The notes under the pieces were generated by a model that was not told the DNA's origin, searched no databases, and saw only the letters and a program-made list of their open reading frames with translations. Positions 1 to 9,382 of a stretch of DNA of 64,000 bases are shown piece by piece. Positions within the stretch are counted from its first letter, which is position 1. Every line of letters begins with the position of its first letter. The stretch covers positions 43,114 through 107,113 of the forward strand of contig DATJFF010000163.1 of NCBI GenBank assembly GCA_035495795.1, given 5' to 3'. The translations under genes were made by a program, and so were the position numbers. Source of the DNA: Vicinamibacterales bacterium (GTDB lineage: Bacteria; Acidobacteriota; Vicinamibacteria; Vicinamibacterales; UBA2999).

Positions 1-594
1 CGGACTACTCCGCTGCCGGTGGAGTGCGTTGCGCGGGGCTACGTCTCCGGCTCGGGGTGGAAGGACTACAAGGCAACCGGCGAGATCTGCGGCCACGTGC
101 TCCCGGCCGGCCTGCGCGAATCGGCCAGGCTGCCGGAGCCGCTCTTCACACCGGCCACGAAGGCGGAATCCGGACACGACGAGAATATCAGTGAGGCGCT
201 GGCCGCCGCGGTGGTGGGCGCCGATCTCCTGGCGCGTCTCAAGTCGCTTACGATGGCGCTCTATCAGTTCGGCGTGGACCACGCCGCCGCACGCGGCATC
301 ATCCTCGCCGACACGAAGTTCGAGTTCGGCCTGACCGCCGAAGGCGAGCTGCTGCTCATCGACGAGATGATGACTCCGGATTCGTCACGATACTGGCCGG
401 CGGACCAATACGCGCCGGGCGGTCCGCAGCCGAGTTTCGACAAGCAGTACGTGCGTGACTACCTCGAGTCGATCAGCTGGAACAAGCGCCCGCCGGTACC
501 GTCGCTGCCTGAGGACGTAGTCGCGCGGACCCGCGACAAATATCTCGATGCGTTCCGTCGCCTGACCGGCGCGGAGCTCGTGACCGGCGCCTGA
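1..594 (+). CDS. purC: SAICAR synthetase (phosphoribosylaminoimidazole-succinocarboxamide synthase), C-terminal part; 5-prime end outside window
   Basis: Frame-1 ORF open to the left edge. Translation contains VARGYVSGSGWKDY, ADTKFEFGL and LIDEMMTPDSSRYW, conserved PurC core motifs. Stop at 592-594. Confidence 0.85.
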   Translation, partial: RTTPLPVECVARGYVSGSGWKDYKATGEICGHVLPAGLRESARLPEPLFTPATKAESGHDENISEALAAAVVGADLLARLKSLTMALYQFGVDHAAARGIILADTKFEFGLTAEGELLLIDEMMTPDSSRYWPADQYAPGGPQPSFDKQYVRDYLESISWNKRPPVPSLPEDVVARTRDKYLDAFRRLTGAELVTGA

Positions 595-613
595 GTGCGA
601 ACGGGACTTCGTC

Positions 614-820
614 GTGCGTGAGATCCTCGATCAGCTCGTCGCGGAGATGGTGGACAAGGGCATCCGGTACGAAGACGCGCAGCGGGAGTTCGAGAAGCGC
701 TTCATATCGCGGGTGGTGCAGCAGAGCGCCGGCAACCTGAGCCGGGCTGCCGACACGCTCGGCGTGCACCGCAACACGCTCACGCGCAAGATCAAGGATC
801 TCAAGATCCGGGCTCGCTGA
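614..820 (+). CDS. small Fis-family helix-turn-helix DNA-binding protein
   Basis: 68-aa ORF with GTG start. C-terminal GNLSRAADTLGVHRNTLTRKIKDLKI resembles the Fis/NtrC-type HTH. Confidence 0.6.
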   Translation: MREILDQLVAEMVDKGIRYEDAQREFEKRFISRVVQQSAGNLSRAADTLGVHRNTLTRKIKDLKIRAR

Positions 821-1072
821 CGCTCGGCGGGCTGGCTGCTCGCGGCCTTCGGGCCGCAGGCGCAGCCTCGCTGCCCAGGCCTCGCGCCTGGTGGCGCTCG
901 TCCGGCCGCGCAAGCCGCGCGTCATGGAGGACCCGGGACAGGGTTTGGGGATCCGGGTGGTTGAGTCCCGTGCTTCTTCCCCGCAGCCGCGAAGCGGCTG
1001 CCCGACGAGCCGCAACGCGGCGAGGCCTGCGCCGGCAAAGGCCGGGGCCTGCGGCGCGCGGCGACGAGGCCC

Positions 1073-1102
1073 TTGACAGGGCGCGCACCGCCTCCCTACA
1101 CT
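1073..1102 (+). promoter_or_regulatory. sigma-70-type promoter of groESL (TTGACA-N18-TACACT)
   Basis: TTGACA at 1073-1078 and TACACT at 1097-1102, directly abutting the CIRCE operator upstream of groES. Confidence 0.55.
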
Positions 1103-1128
1103 TAGCAGTCGGCAATACTGACTGCTAG
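1102..1128. promoter_or_regulatory. CIRCE (HrcA operator) inverted repeat
   Basis: TTAGCAGTC-N9-GACTGCTAG, a perfect 9-bp inverted repeat with a 9-nt spacer. It closely matches the consensus TTAGCACTC-N9-GAGTGCTAA and lies between the promoter and groES. Confidence 0.8.
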
Positions 1129-1265
1129 CCTCGCAAGGGGTCGAGTGCTAGCAGACGTGCAGCACCCCTGTTAGCACCACATAACCTCGGCGGTAGGCCC
1201 CGGGCACTGTGCTGCGGGCCCTTGGCCGGGGTTCGGCAACCCCTCGCGTAGACGGAGTAACGAGC

Positions 1266-3202
<1,937 letters not shown>

Positions 3203-3209
3203 GCGACGA

Positions 3210-3295
3210 GATCTGGTGATCTCGTGAGCTGGGGATCTGGAGATCTGATCTGGTGATCTGAGGATCTTTCGATCTATCTGGTGATCTTGTGATCT
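3210..3295 (+). repeat. tandem array of about 11 octamer units (GATCTGGT-like) carrying 10 GATC sites
   Basis: GATCT starts at 3210, 3218, 3234, 3242, 3247, 3255, 3263, 3271, 3283 and 3291, mostly 8 nt apart. The array lies between the groEL stop (3200-3202) and its terminator. Confidence 0.9.
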
Positions 3296-3296
3296 G

Positions 3297-3335
3297 GGCC
3301 CGGCGGCCTTTTGGCTGCCGGGCCTTTCTTTTTTT
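3297..3335 (+). terminator. intrinsic terminator of groESL
   Basis: GGCCCGGCGGCC-TTTT-GGCTGCCGGGCC stem-loop followed by TTTCTTTTTTT. Confidence 0.8.
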
Positions 3336-3483
3336 CCCGCTCCACCCAGCCTCAGGCGTAGTATTCCTTTCGCTCGACTCGGTGCCCTTCATTTCGCGTT
3401 GTACGGGCTGGTCGTTTCCGTTACTAGTCAGCGGGCTTTACCCTCACTCGGCGTCTTGCGGTGCTATCGGAAGGAGAACCCCT

Positions 3484-4134
3484 ATGCGACGTTTCGTGGT
3501 AACCGGAATCCTTGTCGGCCTGCTCGGTTGGATTGCCGCCGTCCCGGCTCAGGCTCAGGACAAGTCGGCACGCGGATCGGTGACCGCGGTTGGCATGGAC
3601 ACCGTCACTGTGAAGGCCGGCGCCCAGGAGCTCAAGCTCACGGTCGATGGGAAGACCGAAATCATCGCCGAAGGCGCGGGGACAGCCAACCGCGCGGCGG
3701 TTGCCAAAGGCGCCGCTGGCGCCAAGCTCGCCGATCTCGTCAAGGTCGGCGAGAATGTCGAAGTCAACTACCGCGAGGCCGGCGGCATGATGCACGCCAC
3801 CACCATCCGCAAGGTGCGTTCGACCGGTGCCGGCGGCGGCGGCGTGTCAGAACCCAAGGCGGCGACCCCGATGTCCAGCGGCACGGTGACCGCCGTGTCC
3901 GGAACCTCGCTGACCATCTCCGGCGCGAGCGGCGGTGGCGGCAAGTTCACGCAGACCTTTACGATCGACAGCGCCACCCACGTCGTCGCCGAAGGTGCCA
4001 GCACCGCCAGCGCCAAGGGCAAGGTCACCATCACCGATCTCGTGAAGAAGGACGACTCCGTCCAGGTGACCTACGTCGAGAGCGGCGGCACGCTCCGGGC
4101 CACCGAGGTCCGCAAGCGCAACACGAAGCCGTAA
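3484..4134 (+). CDS. secreted protein with two tandem ~85-aa repeats (DUF5666-like by pattern)
   Basis: ATG at 3484 is preceded by GGAAGGAG. Signal peptide MRRFVVTGILVGLLGWIAAVPAQA|Q. The internal duplication GSVTAVGMDTVTV...VEVNYRE / GTVTAVSGTSLTI...VQVTYVE is visible. Confidence 0.6.
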   Translation: MRRFVVTGILVGLLGWIAAVPAQAQDKSARGSVTAVGMDTVTVKAGAQELKLTVDGKTEIIAEGAGTANRAAVAKGAAGAKLADLVKVGENVEVNYREAGGMMHATTIRKVRSTGAGGGGVSEPKAATPMSSGTVTAVSGTSLTISGASGGGGKFTQTFTIDSATHVVAEGASTASAKGKVTITDLVKKDDSVQVTYVESGGTLRATEVRKRNTKP

Positions 4135-4160
4135 CCCGCGCGTCGGCGCGGACGACATCG

Positions 4161-4197
4161 GGCCCGGGCACGACATCGTGTTCGGGCCTTGCCTTTT
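4161..4197 (+). terminator. probable intrinsic terminator after the 3484-4134 gene
   Basis: GGCCCGGGCACG-ACAT-CGTGTTCGGGCC stem (with two G-U pairs) followed by TTGCCTTTT. Located at a convergent gene junction. Confidence 0.45.
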
Positions 4198-5282
4198 CAG
4201 GGCACGCTCGGCCGCTCGGTGGATTTCAGGAACTCCGCCAGGTACGGCCCGAACACCTGTGGCAGTGAATGCGTGCCGTGCCCGCGCGTCTCGTCGGAGA
4301 CCGGAATCAGCACGAATCTGCTGTGCGCCACCCTGCCAATCAGGTCCCGCATCATCGGCAGCTCCGGCGGGTTCACGAAGTCGTCGGCGGAGTTGATGGC
4401 CAGCAGCGGCGCCGTGATCTCGCCGAGGTGCGCCGATGGGTCGTAGTCCTCGGACGCCTGAAAATGGTAGATCGTGTCGTTTGCATCGGTCGTCTTCAGC
4501 CGCGTCTTGATCTGATCCTCCAGCCACGCGTCGGCGGCCGCGTGCGTCGGGAACTGTTTCTGCCATTGCAGCGGGACGCTCGTCGCCAGGAGCAGGAACC
4601 CGAGCGCGCTGGCCATGCCGCGCGGCGGCTCGGAGTACTCTCCGCCCTTCCAGGTCGGATCCGTGACGATTGCGTCGACCAGGAGCTTGCGCCAGACGCG
4701 ATTGCGCCCTGCCACTTCGACTGGATTGCTGGCCAGCGGCACCAGCCCGCGCGCGAACGACGGGTACATGTACCCCCACACCCACGCGTGCATCGCGCCC
4801 ATGGACGTTCCCATGATCAGCCGCAGCTCGGAGAGCCCGAGCGCCTCGGTCACCAGCTGGTGCTGTAGCCGCACCATGTCGGTGTAGCGGTATTTCGGGA
4901 AGCGCATGTGCAAGCCATCGCTCGGCTTGCTCGACTGCCCGTGCCCGATGTTGTCGGGAAGGATGATGAAGTAGCGCTCGGCATCGAGCAGCTGCCCCTT
5001 CCCGAACAGACGGCCGGCGTAGTTCTCGGACACGAACCCCCGCCCGCTGCCACCGGTGCCGTGAAGGATCATCACCGCATTGCGGACGACTCCGTCGGCG
5101 TCCTTCCGCGGCTGACCGATCGTGCGGTAGTGAATTCTGACTTCCGCGGCGCGGTCGCCGCTCTCGAACCGCACGTCGCGCGCGATGAAGTCGCGCTCCA
5201 CGGGCGGCGGGTAGCTGGCCTGCGCGACGGCCAGGGACGGAAGGGCGAGGAGAAACGCGAGCGCTTGGATGGTGCGGGTCAC
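4197..5282 (-). CDS. secreted alpha/beta-fold hydrolase/acyltransferase (MetX-like)
   Basis: Signal peptide ...LPSLAVA|QASY. GTSMG nucleophile elbow (LIMGTSMGAMHAW). Overall pattern resembles homoserine O-acetyltransferase-type alpha/beta enzymes. Lies 19 nt downstream of the carrier-protein gene. Confidence 0.75.
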   Translation of the reverse strand: MTRTIQALAFLLALPSLAVAQASYPPPVERDFIARDVRFESGDRAAEVRIHYRTIGQPRKDADGVVRNAVMILHGTGGSGRGFVSENYAGRLFGKGQLLDAERYFIILPDNIGHGQSSKPSDGLHMRFPKYRYTDMVRLQHQLVTEALGLSELRLIMGTSMGAMHAWVWGYMYPSFARGLVPLASNPVEVAGRNRVWRKLLVDAIVTDPTWKGGEYSEPPRGMASALGFLLLATSVPLQWQKQFPTHAAADAWLEDQIKTRLKTTDANDTIYHFQASEDYDPSAHLGEITAPLLAINSADDFVNPPELPMMRDLIGRVAHSRFVLIPVSDETRGHGTHSLPQVFGPYLAEFLKSTERPSVP

Positions 5283-5301
5283 GGCACGAATGTAACCCGG
5301 C

Positions 5302-5538
5302 TCAGGACTTGGGCCGCAACTCCTCCGAAAATTCCAGGATTGCTCGCATGCTGGCGAAGCGGCTGGGGGTGAACGCGTCGGTCGGGACGCGGGCGCCGGT
5401 CGTCTCTTCCACGAACAGCACCAGGTCGAACAGCGCCAGCGAATCGACGACCTCGCGGAGGTCGTCGTCGAGCGTCAGGGTGTCGCGGTATTGACGGAAG
5501 CGGCTCTTCAGGTAGCCGCGAAGCTGTGCTTCATTCAC
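5302..5538 (-). CDS. acyl/aminoacyl carrier protein (phosphopantetheine-binding, DltC-like)
   Basis: 78 aa from the GTG at 5538. Contains a DSL serine motif (VVDSLALFDLVLFVEE). Overlaps the stop of the upstream ligase gene by 8 nt. Confidence 0.7.
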   Translation of the reverse strand: MNEAQLRGYLKSRFRQYRDTLTLDDDLREVVDSLALFDLVLFVEETTGARVPTDAFTPSRFASMRAILEFSEELRPKS

Positions 5539-7009
5539 GGGGAGCTCCTCTGTCGAGCAGGTGACGCTGGATCTTGCCGGTGGCCGTCCGGGGGATACGC
5601 TCGGAGCGCACGAACCGTCGTGGAACCTTGTGGTGCGAGAGGCGCTCGGCGCAGAACGCGCCGAGCTCGACCGGGTCGAAGGCGGCACCAGGCACGACAT
5701 ACACCCAGACGACTTCACCCAGAAACGGGTGCGGCACCCCAACCGCTGCCGCGTCGGCAACGTCCGGGTGCGTCGAGACGACCGCCTCGATTTCGGCCAG
5801 GCTGATGCGCTCACCCGCCACCTTGACGATGTCCTTGGCCCGGCCGGTGATGAAGAGGCACGCGGTGCCGTCCAGGTACCCGACGTCGCCGGTATTGAGC
5901 CACCCCTTCTCGAGCACGCCTCCGGTCGCATCGGGATCTTCCCAGTAGCCCTGCATGACGTTCGGACCGTGCAGCCAGATCGCGCCTTCCGCACCGGCCG
6001 GCACGGGGTGGCCTTCACCGTCCCTGATCTCGATCGTCATCCCGGGAAGCACGCGGCCGACCGACTTCGGCTTCGCCGTCAGTTCATCATGAGGCAGGAA
6101 CGTGGCCCGCGTCGACGACTCGGTGAGGCCGTACATCGAGAAGATCGCGACGCGCGGCCACCCCTTCGCCAGCGCCTCCGTCGTCCAAACCGGCAGCGCA
6201 CCTCCTGAGGTCGTGATCGCGCGCAGGGCGCTCGGCACGGTCTCCGCCAGGTTCGATGAACGGGCCAGCATGTTCAAGTGGAACGGCACGACGCTGGCGA
6301 TGGTGCAGCCCTCTTTCGCGAGTCTGCCGAGCAACAGAGGCGCGGACCCGCTCTCCTCGATGAGCACGACTGACGCGCCGGCGGCGATCGCGGAAAGCAG
6401 GTTGCTCTTTCCGTAGGTGTGGGCCAGCGGCAAGATCAGGCCGTAGCGGTCATCCTCAGTCATCTCGAGGTACCGGCAGACTGCCTCGACGACGAACAGG
6501 ATGTTGCCGTGACTGAGTACCACCCCCTTCGGCAAGCCGGTGGTGCCCGACGTGAACACGACCGACGCGGGGGCATCGGTGCTTGGCGGAGCGACTGGCG
6601 CTCCCGCATCCGTGCCGCACTGTTCCAGGAAGGTGTCGAGCGAGAGCGTCGGGGCACCGACGACGATGCCTTCGAGATCGTCGCGGTCGGTCAGAACGAG
6701 CGCCGGCCTGACGCGATCGAGCAGGCGCGCGATGGTCTCCTTCTCCTCGCCGCGTCCGATCTCGACAGTGGTCGCACCCGCGAGCAGCGCGCCGAAGTAG
6801 GCCACGACATAGGCTGCAGAATTACCGGCGACGAACGCGACATAGGGCCGCTCGCAGGAGATAAGCGTGCCGCAGATCCGCGCTCCGGCGGCGGCCCGCG
6901 CGCCCAGTTCCTGGTAGGTCCATCGCTGTTCCCGCCAGACGAGCGCTTCCCGCGCCGGATGGCGCGCGACGGCGTCCGCGAAGAGACCGGCGATCGAGAA
7001 GCTGGTCAC
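5531..7009 (-). CDS. ANL-superfamily adenylating enzyme (AMP-dependent ligase, DltA/acyl-ACP ligase-like)
   Basis: TSGTTGLPKGV (A3), YGLTE (A5), NTGD (A7), GRAKDIVKVAGERI (A8) and PRTATGKIQR (A10) motifs. Confidence 0.9.
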   Translation of the reverse strand: MTSFSIAGLFADAVARHPAREALVWREQRWTYQELGARAAAGARICGTLISCERPYVAFVAGNSAAYVVAYFGALLAGATTVEIGRGEEKETIARLLDRVRPALVLTDRDDLEGIVVGAPTLSLDTFLEQCGTDAGAPVAPPSTDAPASVVFTSGTTGLPKGVVLSHGNILFVVEAVCRYLEMTEDDRYGLILPLAHTYGKSNLLSAIAAGASVVLIEESGSAPLLLGRLAKEGCTIASVVPFHLNMLARSSNLAETVPSALRAITTSGGALPVWTTEALAKGWPRVAIFSMYGLTESSTRATFLPHDELTAKPKSVGRVLPGMTIEIRDGEGHPVPAGAEGAIWLHGPNVMQGYWEDPDATGGVLEKGWLNTGDVGYLDGTACLFITGRAKDIVKVAGERISLAEIEAVVSTHPDVADAAAVGVPHPFLGEVVWVYVVPGAAFDPVELGAFCAERLSHHKVPRRFVRSERIPRTATGKIQRHLLDRGAPRE

Positions 7010-7022
7010 GACGACCGCGCGA

Positions 7023-8372
7023 TTACGTCAGCAATCGCGCGCAGAAACTGGCCATGCTGCTCCACGTATCGCTGGATTCCACCAGCCCGTGAAGCACGGC
7101 GTAGAAGCAGGACGTGAGCACGATTCCCATCACCGACCAGAGGCGGCTGTCTCCGAGGCCCGCGAAGCGCTCGGGAAAGCGGGTCGGCAGGGCCAGGACC
7201 GCGTATATCGCCGCAGCGTTGGCGAACCAGTAGATCAGGCCGGCGACCACGTTGGATACCGAGCTTTCGCCGGTGAGAATATCCGGCGAAATGTGCAGGA
7301 TACCGGAGGTGAGGAGCGCGCCGAACACCGCCAGGAACAGCTGCCGGTGCCGGCGCATGATCGGGAAGAACACGAACGTGATGATCCATTCCCGGGTCAG
7401 GATGTTCCAGCGCTGCCAGTGTTCATTGGGTGTCCGGGCCAGCAGCCAGTAGTTGAAGTTGCTCCGCACGCCGATTCCGAACAGCCGGACGATGCCGATG
7501 AACACGTTGAAGCGGAGCACGATGCCGCAGTAGTACGAGACGTAGTGGACGTACGAGGTCGCGAGCAGTGTGAACCCATGGACCGAGGCCAGCGGAAAGC
7601 GCGCCAGGAACCGGCTGCCGACCGATTGTGCAAATGACGCCGCGAGGGCGATATACAGGGCCCGCATGCCGGCCCAGCGCGTCGCCCGCAGGCGGTCGTC
7701 GCTCGCCGTACGCAGATCGTCGTAGGTGATTGCCGGACAGGTCACGAGACGGCACGAAATGTAGCTTGCGAACTCACGCAGCGACAACCGTCCGCGTGCC
7801 TGGCGGTGCGCCGAATACCAGAGCATCGGCATCAGCACCGGCCAACCGCCCAGGAAGACATCGACGGCGTCACCGGGCAGCAGCCGCGCCATCAGCACCG
7901 TGCACACCAGGCAGAAGCCGGCGACGACGAACGACAGCCGCAAGGGCGAAAGTGGAAGCTGCAGCAGCAGGTAGGTAGTGCCGACCACCGCCGCAATCGG
8001 GAGGGCGGATGGCGCATCGAGGCCGCCGTCGAGAACCGCGAATGGGAGGACCATCAGCGCGAGCAGCTTCAGCCGCACTTCGGTGGTCGAGAAGAACGTC
8101 AGGAGGAATGCAGCCAGCGCGATGGGAACAATCGGCGACAGGTGCGGGAGGCCGGCCAGCACCGGCCTTGGTTCGGGGTGCTGGAGCATGTAACCGCCCA
8201 GATACCGCGCGAGCAGCCAGAAGCGCGGTTCGAGGACGATGATGCCGATGGCGGCGAGCCCGAACCAGAGGAATTCCGAATCCTGGATGCGGGTGGACAG
8301 CGAGGCCGCGGCAGCGAACGCTGCTACGGGCCGGCGCTGGGAGATCGCTTCCGATGACTGCACAGACTGCAC
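7023..8372 (-). CDS. MBOAT-family membrane-bound O-acyltransferase (DltB/AlgI-like)
   Basis: Polytopic 449-aa protein. RSNFNYWLLARTPNEHWQRWNILTREW matches the MBOAT P-NF-N..A.S..EFW.RW(H/N) block. A conserved His follows 37 aa later (SGILHIS). GTG start. Confidence 0.75.
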   Translation of the reverse strand: MQSVQSSEAISQRRPVAAFAAAASLSTRIQDSEFLWFGLAAIGIIVLEPRFWLLARYLGGYMLQHPEPRPVLAGLPHLSPIVPIALAAFLLTFFSTTEVRLKLLALMVLPFAVLDGGLDAPSALPIAAVVGTTYLLLQLPLSPLRLSFVVAGFCLVCTVLMARLLPGDAVDVFLGGWPVLMPMLWYSAHRQARGRLSLREFASYISCRLVTCPAITYDDLRTASDDRLRATRWAGMRALYIALAASFAQSVGSRFLARFPLASVHGFTLLATSYVHYVSYYCGIVLRFNVFIGIVRLFGIGVRSNFNYWLLARTPNEHWQRWNILTREWIITFVFFPIMRRHRQLFLAVFGALLTSGILHISPDILTGESSVSNVVAGLIYWFANAAAIYAVLALPTRFPERFAGLGDSRLWSVMGIVLTSCFYAVLHGLVESSDTWSSMASFCARLLT

Positions 8373-8581
8373 GCTGCGAGGAATCCTTCCCCGGGTCAGG
8401 CAAAGCGGGTTCCGCCGCGGTCGGGAACCGTTCGTCTGGCTTAAGTCACTGAGAAAATTGGGGTTATCTCAGGGTTTGCCGGATCGTGAAACGTCGGGTT
8501 GGAGCCCGGAAGTCAACCTCCGCGGCGATTGTTGTCGGCACATTTGTGTGATTCGGGCCTGAGGCGAGCACCTGACTACCC

Positions 8582-9355
8582 TCAAAAAGTCACACGAAAC
8601 AGCTTCGGCCAGAGCTTGCCGGTAATCAGGAACGTCCGATCGGCCGGGTCGTAGGCGATCCCGTTCAGGACGTCGGCGCCGAGCCGCTCGGCGGGCTGCA
8701 GCAAACCTGCCGCGTCGATTCTCGCGGTCACGCGGCCGGTCTGCATATCGATGCGGACGATCGTGTCCGTCGTCCAGACATTCGCGTAGACATCGGTGCC
8801 GACACACTCGAGCTCGTTCAGCCGCGGCAGCGGGCGGCCGTTCTCGGTCACCTGAACGGTCCGAGTGACCGCGAACGTGCCCGGATCGCGCACCGTCAAG
8901 CTGTCGCCGCCGTTGCTCATGACGAGCGACCGGCCATCGTGGCAGAGGCCCCAACCCTCACCTTGGTACGCCATCTCTCCGACGCGGTTGAACGTGTTCT
9001 TGTCGTAGACGAAGACGCGGCCGTGTTGCCAGGTGAGCTGGAAGAGGCGGTTCCCGACGTCGGCGAGACCCTCCGCGAAGTAGGGAGCGTCGACTGGTAC
9101 TTGCTGCTTCACTGCCCCGCTCACCAGATCGACCTTGCGAAGCGAGGAGCGGCCGACCAGGCCCGTGCTCTCGTAGAGGATGCCGTCGCGCCAGATGAGG
9201 CCCTGCGTGAAGGCCTGGACATCGTGCGGGTAGGTCCGGAGGACCCTCACCTTGAGGATGGCAGGCGTCACCGCATTCGTTTGCGCGAGCGAGCCGCCGG
9301 AGGGCGCGCCGGCGAGCACCGCGGCGACAACGAGAAGCGAACCAGCTGCGCGCAT
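8582..9355 (-). CDS. glutaminyl-peptide cyclotransferase, plant-type (beta-propeller) QC
   Basis: YPHDVQAFTQGLIWRDGILYESTGLVGRSSLRKVDL, GEGWGLCHDG and NELECVGTDVYANVW are signature blocks of type-I glutamine cyclotransferase. Signal peptide ...GGSLA|QTNA. Confidence 0.85.
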   Translation of the reverse strand: MRAAGSLLVVAAVLAGAPSGGSLAQTNAVTPAILKVRVLRTYPHDVQAFTQGLIWRDGILYESTGLVGRSSLRKVDLVSGAVKQQVPVDAPYFAEGLADVGNRLFQLTWQHGRVFVYDKNTFNRVGEMAYQGEGWGLCHDGRSLVMSNGGDSLTVRDPGTFAVTRTVQVTENGRPLPRLNELECVGTDVYANVWTTDTIVRIDMQTGRVTARIDAAGLLQPAERLGADVLNGIAYDPADRTFLITGKLWPKLFRVTF

Positions 9356-9382
9356 CGCGCGAATCTCACCGGGTTCCGCGGC

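Noticed and set aside
983-1001. A perfect 8-bp hairpin GCAGCCGC-GAA-GCGGCTGC in the 445-bp spacer between the Fis-like gene and groES, considered as a terminator or sRNA element.
   Set aside because: There is no U-tract on either strand and no supporting promoter. A GC-rich hairpin of this size is expected by chance in this composition.
1125-1151. A second CIRCE operator overlapping the first (CTAGCCTCG-N9-GAGTGCTAG), plus a TTAGCACC half-site near 1170.
   Set aside because: The right arm matches the consensus well, but the left arm pairs for only 5 of 9 positions. I treat it as a degenerate half-site rather than a functional second operator.
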